Of a stretch of 64,000 nucleotides of DNA, positions 1-10,132 are shown one piece after another (position 1 is the first letter of the stretch; each line of letters opens with the position of its first letter). Under the pieces are notes generated by a model. It ran no database searches. It saw nothing but the letters and a program-made list of their open reading frames with translations, and was not told where the DNA came from. The DNA is taken from positions 82,956,001-83,020,000 of the forward strand of contig NC_082721.1 in assembly GCF_030144855.1 (NCBI RefSeq), written 5' to 3'. The position numbers and the translations under genes are program-made. Origin of the DNA: Hypanus sabinus (lineage: Eukaryota).

Positions 1-640
1 GGAATCACGCAGAAAGCATGAAAGGGACCTGTGCCTACAGGCAGAGGGAATGGAATACAGAAAGAATACTTTGTTCACTCTTTACCAAGGGGGAATATGA
101 TGCCAACACTCAGAGAAAGCAGAGGAAAGAATGAGAATGGATGGGTAAATATGAAAGGGAAGTTATTAGTAAGATAACCATGCTCGAAGTTTGTAACTCA
201 CCTGGTGCAGAGAGGATAGAGAAGGATGGAGAGTGTGGAGGGGCTTGACATAATCTCTCGATTCTCCCCGAATAGGGAAGGTGCCAGGGAGGCGGGAAAT
301 GACAGAAAGGTCATAAGGAGGTCATCAGAAGCTGCTGGTCCATCATTATAGTCGCAGTGATGGGGAATGTGTTGGAAAAGTTAATGTGGGAATACTTAGA
401 AGGCACGAAGACAGCTGAATTTACATAATAACAAGTTTGTAGATGAAATTAGTTTTTATGATGATGAAATTGAGTGATATCCTGTTGAGGACTTTCACAC
501 TGTGTTTGACATAGTCCCTTATTGAAGAGTGGTGAGTGAAAGCGGCTCATGGAATATTCGGCTCAATTGGACTAAGGAGTAAAAATTGGCTTAAAGACAG
601 AAAGAGAAAATTTAAGTCTCGTCTGTGATGCGAAAACAAG
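1..640 (+). mobile_element. Old degenerate CR1-type LINE RT fragment (intronic in gene 1)
   Basis: Decayed RT motifs: SPG near 200, and DFHTVFDIVPY-like text near 490-520 resembling the CR1 DFxKAFDKVPH motif. No open frame. Confidence 0.5.
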
Positions 641-890
641 ATTCAAGTTAAGGTTACATTGAGATTGATTCATGAGTGCAGGATGTTGTACATACCACAG
701 CTTGTGGTGAGCCCCAGACAGAGTGAGAAGCTGAAAATAAGAGAAAATGTTCTAATGAAGCATGTGGCCATTAATTGGTGGATTAGGTATAAAGGGCTCC
801 CAGATGTGTGACCCAGCCAGTCTCCAGCTCCGTCCATCTGTATTTACCACTGCAAACTGAACTGCAGTGAATTTCTTGTGTGTCTTGCAG

Positions 891-1184
891 ATTTTCCAGA
901 GCCTCCGAGGATCCTCAGCAGTGACCCTGTAGAAGTGAATCAGAATGTTACATTAACATGTGAGGTCCCAAACGTCTATCCAGCTGCGAAGATGAGAGTA
1001 CGATGGTTTTGGGACAGTGAACAACAGAATTCAGTAACAAATCAGTCAGATGCCACCACTGTCAGGGCAACAACTACATGGACACCACGAGAGACCGATG
1101 TGACTGAAGTCTCCTGCATGGCAGATTTTGAGGATTATCCATCAATTCCACCGAAGATCAATAACATTTCCATTGAGGTTTACG
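891..1184 (+). CDS. Gene 1 Ig-like exon, type A (ICAM/VCAM C2-like domain)
   Basis: Acceptor tgtcttgcag|AT at 890/891 and donor TACG|gtgagt at 1184. 294 nt, phase 1-1. DFPEPP..LTCEVPNVYPAAKMRVRW..VSCMADF..IEVY has two canonical Cys and a VYP loop like VCAM-1 D2. Confidence 0.92.
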
Positions 1185-1526
1185 GTGAGTATGTTCACAA
1201 CACTCAGACAAGGACCAGAACTCAGTTTCCTGTTGTTTCTCAGTGGTGTTTCCTCAAGTGATTGTGTCTCTGTTGATTGAACTATTAGTCCGAGTCACAA
1301 AACAACCCCAGTCAATGGGTCCATTTCCCAGTGAAATTACTAGGTTTTAATTGGAAAACTGGTGCTCAGGAAAGATGAGCATAAAGCTGCAGATCTATAT
1401 TGAATTTTGATCTTACAGAGTGGTGGAGCAGGCTCATTGGGCCGTGTCATTAGGTTCTGTTCCTTGTTTCATCTTTGGTTGATGATGTTTCCTGAATATA
1501 CTTACCTGAGAAGCAGTTAACTGTAA

Positions 1527-2500
1527 GCAAATTTCTCCACAACTTCCACCATCTTTAGCAGAATCCTTGCGCGAGGGACATCTATACCTTCGCACGCCCA
1601 CACCCCACTCTCCACATTTCACAGGATCCACTGTTTATGTGATCCCCTTGTCCATTTATCCCTCCCCATTGATCTCCCTCTTGGAACAAACCCCTGCACG
1701 TGGAACAAGTGCAACATCTGCCCATTCACCTCCTCCTTTACTACCACTGAGGTCTCAAATCTGTCCTTCCAGGTGACTCAACACTTCAGCTGCACGTCTG
1801 TCAGGGTTGTCTACAGTATCCGGTGTTCCCAGTGTGTCCTCCTCTCCATCAGTGAGACCTGATGTACTTTGGGGGATCACTTTCTCGAGTACCTTTCATC
1901 TGTCCACAACAGGGATGACTCTCTGGTGGAAAACCATTTTAATTCAACTCCCCATTCCTATTGTGACAGGTCGGCCCCTCTCTGTGACACGATGAGGCCA
2001 CACTCATGTTGGAGAAGCAACACATGCTATTCCATTCGGGTAGCCTCCAATCTAATAGCATAAACATCCCCATCTCTAACTTCTGGTCATTTATTTCCTC
2101 TCCCCCTTCTGTCCATTTTCATTTCCCCTTCTGGATCCCCTCATACCCCCTCTTTGTCTCACCTGCCAATTAACTGCCTCCGTTCCCCCTTCCTCCTTTC
2201 CTTTCTTCCATGATCCACTCTCCTGTCCCAGCAGATTCCTCCTTCAGCCCTTTCCATTCTCCACCTCTCACCTGACAGCTTCTTACTTCATCCCCATCCA
2301 CCTTCTCCCTTACCTGGCTTCACAGGTCGCTTTCCAGCCTGTACTACGTTCCTCTCTCCTAACTTCTTATTCTTATTATTTTCTCTCTTCCGATCCCATC
2401 ATGATGAAGAGTCCTGACCCAAATTTCAACTGTTTATTCCTCTCCATTGATTGTGGCTGATCACTGAGTTCCTGAATTTTGTTTGTGTTACCAGGAAGAA
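1527..2500 (+). mobile_element. Penelope-like element 3' fragment inserted in a gene 1 intron
   Basis: Decayed match to the GIY-YIG region and pyrimidine-rich tail of the 10.2-12.7 kb element. Absent from the paralogous intron (about 53310). AACTGTAA occurs at both edges (1519-1526, 2499-2506). Confidence 0.75.
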
Positions 2501-2736
2501 CTGTAAATCAGTCACAATTTCCAATGTAATGAAAGCTAAAATTGTACACCAGGACATCAGCATGCAGGAGTCTCAACTGAACAGTAATGATAACCCTCTG
2601 CTTGTACAGTATGTGAACTCCTCACGCATGGGAGAGGCTGACCGCACAGTTGCTTTATCTACATTAGTCCAGTCAGGCACAGGGAATGCGGGACTTGTTT
2701 TGAGAAAGTTTCTAACAATGTTTTCTGTTGTTACAG

Positions 2737-3018
2737 TTTTCTCCAACCCTGAAATCCACATCATGAACACCACTGAGGGTATTCCGGTGAATATTACCTG
2801 CAGTGTGTTTAACGTCTCAGGGGAACTTCAACTCAGTCTGAAGAAGGGAAGTAAGATATTAGTGAACAGGTCAGCCAGTACTGGGCTGACCATCTACCAC
2901 ACTGTGAATCCACGAGCAGAGCTGAATGGACAGCAGTTCACCTGCGAGGCCGAGCTGACACTTCACCCTCACTCCAACACCATTGTTAAACGACAGTCTG
3001 CCACTCTCGATGTCCCTG
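2737..3018 (+). CDS. Gene 1 Ig-like exon, type B (ICAM D4-like domain)
   Basis: Acceptor ttgttacag|TT at 2736/2737 and donor CCTG|gtgagt at 3018. 282 nt, phase 1-1. VFSNPEIH..NITCSV..NGQQFTCEAELTL..LDVP. Confidence 0.92.
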
Positions 3019-3562
3019 GTGAGTAGCAGCAACAGATCAGCACTAAGGACTTGTGATGGTCTGAGGTTATCTTTTCTAAGGTTCAGGGACAAGATAGGAA
3101 AAGATGTTCAGGATCCACATCCCATCAGTCCAACAGGCGCACCGTTGTCAGCACAAACTTCACAGTGACCTATAGTATTTGTATATTAGCACAAAGATTT
3201 TATTTTAAGGAAATGAGATTTCCAAGTAGTAAGGCTTATTTATTCTCTGCCTGGGCACCGTTATTGCACAGTCCAACCCAATAAGGGAAAAATTATTGAA
3301 CAGAATATAAGGAAGGGATTCTCTTGTCTTTTACATAATGCAATCTTAATTCAGCATCTTATCAAAAGACAGCACTCAGTAATCCCTCAGTACCACATCA
3401 GATATTCAGCTGAGATTTTACACTCAAATTGCTAGAATGCGACTGAAATCAGAAACAACTGACTGAGAGCTGACAGAGTTCCCGGACACAACAGCCGACA
3501 GATTTGCATGTTTCGCTGTTGAGACTCAGCATGTTCGATGTTTTAAATCCTGACTCTAATCG

Positions 3563-3910
3563 AAGTTCAAAGTAAATTTGTTATCAAAGTATGTATATGT
3601 TGCCCAGTGTTACCTTGAGATCCATTTCCCTGCAGGAATTTATGAGGGCAAAGTAGAAATATAGTGGAATTTCATGAAGTACTATGCATAACTTCATAAA
3701 AACTAAAAAAAAAGTGCAAAAGAAGTAAAATCATGCAAATAAAAAAATACCGAGAACAAGAATTGTAAAGGTCATTAAAAGTGAGTCTGTAGGTTGTAGA
3801 ACCAGTTCAGATTAGTGATGATTGAAGTTAACCTCCCTGGTTCCAGAGCCAAAGGTTGGTTGTAGGGTAATAACTTCCTGAATCAGGGGGTGTGGGACGT
3901 AAGGCTTCCT
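3563..3910 (-). mobile_element. Rex-Babar-type LINE 3' end fragment
   Basis: Begins aagttcaaagtaaatttgttatcaaagt, the reverse complement of the tail of the + strand copy ending near 48045. The same start recurs at about 48697 and 50990. Confidence 0.6.
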
Positions 3911-3911
3911 C

Positions 3912-4180
3912 ATGGTAGTGTAATGGTTAGCACAACATGTTACATGTACAGGTGACCCAGGTTCAATTCCTGTCATGGCCTGTAAGGAGTTTGTACATTC
4001 TCCCTGTGACCATGTGCTCCGGTTTCCTCCCACAATCCAAAGACGTACAGGTTGGTAGGTTAACTGGTCTTAGTGAATCGTTCTCTGATTAGGTGCAGAT
4101 TAAATCAGAACTGCTGGGCAGCCTGGCTCAAAGGGCTATTCAGGCCTATTCTGCACTGGATCTGAATAAGGAAGTAAGCA
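3912..4180 (+). mobile_element. tRNA-derived V-SINE (HE1-like)
   Basis: A-box-like GGTAGTGTAATGG (3914), B-box GGTTCAATTCC (3960), V-core-like gagtttgtacattctcc..ccggtttcctcccacaatccaaagac, and a TAAA/TAGA tail at about 4180-4220. Confidence 0.75.
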
Positions 4181-4386
4181 AATAGATAAATAAACAAACA
4201 AATAAATATATAGATAGATTGATTGTTTACTTTAGATGATCATTATAAACTCACCTGACACTTGAGTCTACTGAGGAAGCATTCTCAGAGGTAAGAGTGA
4301 TCAGAAGAGAAGAGTACATCTGTTATAAAGTGTTTAACTGGAACCGTCAATGACTTGTACTGTTGATTTTGTGATTGTTTTTATAG

Positions 4387-4496
4387 ATCAACCTGGATCT
4401 TCAGCTTGGAAATATGTGGTGGCTATCCTTGCATGTTTAGCTGGTGCTAGTCTGGTATTCTGCCTTTACAAGAGAAGAACCCAACAAAGAGCATAA
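4387..4496 (+). CDS. Gene 1 terminal exon: transmembrane helix and very short cytoplasmic tail
   Basis: Acceptor gattgtttttatag|AT, phase 1, in frame with exon B. DQPGSSAWKYVVAILACLAGASLVFCLYKRRTQQRA then TAA at 4494-4496: a hydrophobic span followed by a KRR stop-transfer. Not in the ORF track because it has no ATG. Confidence 0.82.
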
Positions 4497-5329
4497 ACAA
4501 AGGCCAACAGTAGTGGGACAAAACCCAATGGAAGCATCTCCTTGAAAGAAAATTATATCTGGAAGATACTGTACTGTCATCTACAAGTATTCAGACAAAA
4601 TTTAAATTTAAAATGGTAAAACAGATAAATTCCAGACTGATACTCCAATGATATTATTGAGCTGCAAATCTAAAAAAATGTCATTGTCTTCAATAAGTAC
4701 ATGTTACAAAGTAGACAAGATGAAGATGAAGTGTGAGATGATATATTTCACTAGCGTCTCTGTAATGATGAAGCCTCTTATAAATATTTCCAGTTCCCAG
4801 TATTCTGTAATCTCTTTCTGCTATTCAACCCTCCCAGGACTCACTCCTGCTCAAATTCTGGTCTCTGAACTTGAAAAACTGCAAGTCCTGGTTTTTGCCA
4901 CTTTTCCACAAGGAGGCTTTCAGCTGCTGATGTTTTAAGTCTCTGTACCTCCCTCTCCTGTTTTAACATTCTCATTTAAACCCATCTTCTTGACAAAGGC
5001 CTTATCACTGCAAGTAATTTCCCCTTGTGTGGAATGGTATCTAACTTTAAGAGCCCAAGGAATTCAAGCAGGTGACCATTCCGTTCCTCAGACTGAGCTC
5101 ACTGCCCACAAATCGCAAGGGTGGGTGATGCGTAACCCTCACATCCATCAATTCCCTTCGAAATATTTAACCTCTCACTTTCCCACATCCTAATGCATCT
5201 CCAACTTCCTTAAACACTTCTTAACTTGTTTAACACACACAAAATGCTGGAGGAACTCAGCAGGCCAGGCAGCATCTATGGAAATGAGTGCAGTCGCCGT
5301 TTCAGACCGAGACCTTTCAAATGAGTGTA

Positions 5330-5830
5330 GTTATCCTCTCTTGTTCAAGAACCTGTTGCTTGAGACATAGCAACTGTTCTTGAACCTGGTGGTGCAATTT
5401 CTATGCCTCTTGAACCTTCTACCTGATAGAAGCAGTGAGAAAAGAACATGGTCTGGGTGGTGAGCATCTCTGATGATGGTTGCTGCTTTCCTGCGACAAT
5501 TTTTTATGTAGATGTGCTCAATGTTTGTGATGTGCCCATGATCTACTGGGCTGAATCTACTACCTTTTGTGGGATTTCCCATTCAATGGCATCAGTGTTT
5601 CCATACCAGGCTGTGATGCAGCCAGTCAATACACTCTCCACTACACATCTATGGAAGTCTGTCAAAGATTTTGATGTCATTCCAAACCTCTGCAGACTTC
5701 TAACGAAGCAGAGGAGCTGCTGTGCTTTCTTTGCAATTGCATTTACACGATGGGTTCAGGACAGGTCTTCTGAGACCGTAACACCCAGGAATTTAAAGGT
5801 ACTGACCCTCTCCACCTCCGATCCTTCACT
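5330..5830 (-). mobile_element. Rex-Babar-type LINE 3' ORF fragment
   Basis: ORF 5331-5582 gives IEHIYIKNCRRKAATIIRDAHHPDHVLFSLLLSGRRF..RFKNS, the typical Rex1 C-terminus. Confidence 0.8.
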
Positions 5831-6719
5831 GAGGACTGGCTAATGGATCGCTTTGGTTGGTGGTTAGAATCCAACAATGTAGAAGCCTACAGATGGAACT
5901 AAAGCTTACGTCATCCATCAACTCATTTGAGAATATAAGAGTAACTGAGGGGAAGGAGCAGTAAGTATACATAATAGGAATACTGGATTTCCAGATGTTC
6001 TGTGAAAAATGCTGTTGCTTGATGTAAAGATTATGAAAAGTTATTTGCGAGAGTGAGCTGACAAAAGGACATGAAGAATCTGGAAGAAGAAAGGTCCAGC
6101 CATTCACTGACCAATCAGTTCAGGCACATGATGTCCATTTTTGAGTTATCCCCTTCAACTAAAACTTATTACTGCTACTGAAAAGAGAATTTTCTCTTTC
6201 GGAAAGCAGGCTGTGGCTCCTTCACTGCCTGTTGGCGCATTCACCTGTCCCCTCTGCTCATCGACAATGGAACTCTGTAATTGAGTACAATGAACTTTAC
6301 AATACATGATGCTGCGCTGCCCCTTGATCTTTCAAACCCCGCTCATTATAAAAAAAAGATGCATAATGATTATCTTCACTGCGAAATGAAGCAGCAAATG
6401 ATGTTTTACAACCCAAGAGCAGAGAGATGCTTTGACAGGAATTGTCTCACACCAGTTTGTTTGCAGGAACACGTGACGATGGAGGATTCATTTTGAATTC
6501 TTCGCAGACCTGGTGAACACATCAGTAAACAGTTACAAATGCAATACCATTTAGGAATTCTGTTATCTTTCAATTGTCTTTTTAAATAGTTAATATTCAA
6601 AATTTCTGAACAGGTTTTTAAAAATGCTTCTTTTAATTCAATGCCTGTTATACTTTTATTAAGAGTAAAATGATGAATGTATATAAATAACAAAAATGAC
6701 TCAGTTTTTCCTTAAAAAG

Positions 6720-7050
6720 AATCAGAATCTGGTTTAACATCACTGGCAAATGCTGTGAAATTTGTTGACTGTGTGGCAGCAGTACAATGCAATACATAAT
6801 AATGGAGAAAAACGTGAGTCACGGTAAGTGTATTAATCAATTAAATAAGTAGCGTAAAAATGAAACAAAATAAGTCAACGAGGGAGAGTTCATGGGTTCA
6901 ATGTCCATTCAAAAATCAGATGGCAGAGGGGAAGAAGCTGTTCCTGAATCATTGAGTGTGTGCCCTCAGGCTCCTGTACCTCCTTCCTGATGGTAGTTAT
7001 GAGAATAAGGCATGTCCTCAGTAATGGGGGACCTTAATGATGGACGCTGG
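6720..7050 (-). mobile_element. Rex-Babar-type LINE 3' fragment
   Basis: ttcatgggttcaatgtccattc..gaagaagctgttcctgaatc is the reverse complement of the tail seen at 19520-19580. Confidence 0.6.
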
Positions 7051-7299
7051 TCCATAATTGTTGTTACAAATTCATTAATCACTGATAATCTCTGCTCAAA
7101 ATTACCATGGCAGAAGAGAAATTTTGTTTAGAAGACTATTACCAATCTGAGCCTCATGTTCTCAGAAAGGCTCGTCACCCCACTGTAGAGAATGTTATCC
7201 TTAAGGCACTCTGCCAGGTGAGCCAGTGGACAAGATAGAGAATGGAGAGAGTCTCTGAATTTACCTGGTGTTCTGATCAGTGGAATAAATACCACAAGA

Positions 7300-10130
7300 T
7301 CACAGTCTGCAGACGTTAGAATTAACAGACTGGATTGTGCTCGCTATTTAGTATTAAAGAGACATTCTGTACAATATCACAACTGCTTCTTGACTTTCTA
7401 ATATTCTTAAGTCAGTCTGAAGTTAGTGTTTACCTGAATCCAGCCTGCTTTGTAAATAATAAGGTAGAAAATTTTAATGCCAAACCGAGGGCAGTGGCCG
7501 ACAGAGTTTGCTGTGAAATATCATCTACTGTCATCATACCATGGGAGACTCAAGTAGTCTGTCAATTCAAAAGAGAATGTTCTTAAGGCTGACCGTGAAC
7601 TAAACTAACAGTTCACTATGAAATCTTGACAGCTCATTTAGTGAAATACAACACAGCAGTTCATCTTGAGAGGCAGTCGTACTCTTCTAAAGTTATTAAT
7701 GACAGTCCGGGTAATCCAAGAGTATTGTTTTCAACTGATCATCTGTTAAACCCAGCTCCTTTGAGGGAACGGTTGCTGAAAGCAGATGAGGCTAAAAGTG
7801 AGTCTTTTGCTGCATTTTTTACACAAAAAAAACAAATAAGATGTAATGTAACACAGTCCTCAAGAATAAACCTTGTTGAACTTCAAACACGTCATCACGG
7901 TGAGCGAAAGTCCTTTATGAAAATAAGTTCACCTCAACTTCAAGAAATAATCACTCAGCTAAAACTACCCACTTGTGTTATAGAACCGAGAAGAGTACAG
8001 CACAGGAACAAGCCCTTCGTCCCACAATGTTGTGCCAAACCAGCTAAAGAGCAAATCAAAAACACCCAAACACGAACCTCTCCTACCTACATAATGTTCA
8101 TACCCTTCCATTTTCTTTACAGTACATCCATGTGCTGATCCAAATGTCCCTTAAAAGCATCCAATGTATTTGCCTCCACCACCACACCAGGCAGCGTATT
8201 CCAGGCATCTGCCATGGTCTGAGTGACAATCAGGTTTTAGATTAAATCATAGTCCAGCAATTGCATTGCTTAAAGTGGTCAATGACCAATGGCATAATGC
8301 CGACACAGGTAACATCAGGTCTTGTTCTCTTCAATTAGAGCACAGCATTTCATACCATAGATCACAGCGCTCTCATAAACCATCTTAATTAATGGGCAGG
8401 TCTTTCTCATGCTGTCTTAAGCTGGTTTCAATCTTATATAACAAGAAGAAAATTCTTTGTTAGTTGTGGTGATTGTGCGTCCAAAATCCATGAGATTGTG
8501 TTTTGAGTGCCACAAAGATTGATTCTTGGGCCATTGCTGTTCCCACTCTTCATGCTCCCAGTATGCCAGAATATTTCAAAACGCGAAATGAATTACAAAA
8601 GCTATTCAGGTTTGTCTCCCATTTGCTGTGAAATCGGTGGCATCGCTCTGTCGAGACAGACAGAGAGACAGAGGCATGTGGAAGTGTTGGGAAACAATAG
8701 TTTGTGTTGACTGTAGATCATGGTCTCTGTTTGGGTGCTTGGCTGTTGTGTGGTGGGTGGTGGGTGCTGATGATTTTTGCTGGAATGGGTGCTGGGGGTG
8801 GGGGTGCTGATGATTTTTGCTGGAATGGGTGCTGGGGGTGGGGGGTGCTGATGATTTTTGCTGGAATGGGTGCTGGGGGTGGGGGGTGTTGATGCTTTTT
8901 GCTGGAATGGGTGCTGGGGGTGGGGGGTGCTGATGATTTTTGCTGGAATGGGTGCTGGGGGTGGGGGGTGTTGATGCTTTTTGCTGGAATGGGTGCTGGG
9001 GGTGGGGGGTGCTGATGATTTTTGCTGGAATGGGTGCTGGGGGTGGGGGGTGCTGATGATTTTTGCTGGAATGGGTGCTGGGGGTGGGGGGTGCTGATGT
9101 TTTTTGCTGGAATGGGTGCTGGGGGTGGGGGGTGCTGATGATTTTTGCTGGAATGGGTGCTGGGGGTGGGGGGTGTTGATGCTTTTTGCTGGAATGGGTG
9201 CTGGGGGTGAAGGGTGTTGATGCTTTTTGCTGGAATGGGTGCTGGGGGTGGGGGGTGTTGATGCTTTTTGCTGGAATGGGTGCTGGGGGTGAAGGGTGTT
9301 GATGCTTTTTGCTGGAATGGGTGCTGGGGTGGGGGGTGCTGATGATTTTTGCTGGAATGGGTGCTGGGGGTGGGGGGTGTTGATGCTTTTTGCTGGAATG
9401 GGTGCTGGGGGTGGGGGGTGCTGATGATTTTTGCTGGAATGGGTGCTGGGGGTGGGAGGTGTTGATGCTTTGCTGTTGCTTGTGCGGAGAGGGGGAGAGG
9501 GGGCTTTGGTTTTTCTGTTGTTTATTCTTTTGGAGGTTCTTCTGTTTCTCGTGGATATCTGCAAAGACTAAATATTTCAGGTTGCATACCATATACTTTC
9601 TCTGATAATAAACAGAACCTTCGCGACCACATGAACACACAACTGCGCCCGAAGACCCCGAGGCTGTAGTCCAAACCTGCTGCTCTGGTGCCTTAACATT
9701 AAAGAATGGATGAGTTTGAATTTCAACAAAAAGGAGAAATTTTGGTTGTTGGTAGCAATAAAAAGCATGAAGCTTAGAAATAAATCAAGCCAGAAGTAAA
9801 GAATTTGGGTGTTATTATTGACTCTGAGCTAAATTTCAAATCACATATTAGCCCTATTATTAAGACTGCATTCTTTGGGTGAAGAAACATTGCAAAAGTT
9901 TGATTTCTTATAACATCTCAAGATGTTATAAGGACTATAGTTAAGCCTAGTAATTTCTAAGGTAGGGACATGTTTGGCACAACTTTGTGGGCTGAAGGGC
10001 CTGTATTGTGCTGTAGGTTTTCTATGTTTCTATGCAGAATAACTGATAGAGGCTTTTGTTTTCAGCCGATCAGACTGCTGTAATGCACTCTTTTCTGGAT
10101 TTCCCAAGGAAGATATTTTGGCTGATCCAG
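7300..10130 (+). mobile_element. Decayed L2-type LINE interrupted by younger inserts
   Basis: RT remnants VPQRLILGPLLF (8507), KNLGVIIDSELNFKSHI (about 9800) and DCCNALFSGFP (about 10075) match L2 RT and C-terminal motifs. Many stops. Confidence 0.65.
8765..9470 (+). repeat. G-rich minisatellite, about 41-bp unit, about 17 copies
   Basis: Unit GATGATTTTTGCTGGAATGGGTGCTGGGGGTGGGGGGTGCT, with GTTGATGCTTTT variants and variable G-run lengths. Head-to-tail with no spacers. Confidence 0.95.
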
Positions 10131-10132
10131 AT

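Noticed and set aside
2451-2736. N-terminal extensions of the Ig ORFs in the track (also 51407-51584, 53417-53654, 36501-36636, 43462-43555)
   Set aside because: These are intronic read-through upstream of clear polypyrimidine-AG acceptors. Paralogous similarity of the protein starts at the acceptor.
3019-3026. In-frame stops two codons into introns (PGE*, CGK*, YSK*) as designed soluble isoforms
   Set aside because: Expected from the GTRAGT donor consensus in phase-1 introns, and no adjacent poly(A) signal was seen.
3912-3975. tRNA gene (also 25100-25158 and 56355-56430)
   Set aside because: A and B boxes are present but run into SINE bodies. There is no complete cloverleaf or oligo-T terminator.
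5860-6700. Non-repeat-looking stretch as further gene 1 exons or a separate gene
   Set aside because: Gene 1's frame already ends at 4496 and there is no convincing acceptor/donor pair or recognisable protein. It may be 3' UTR or regulatory DNA, but I cannot support a call.
8765-9470. Possible CRISPR array
   Set aside because: The units are contiguous with no unique spacers, there are no cas genes, and the context is vertebrate.
8602-9640. Long Pro/His/Gln-rich ORFs (320 and 344 aa) on the minus strand
   Set aside because: They are translations of the stop-free 41-bp minisatellite, open in several frames, with no splice or domain support.
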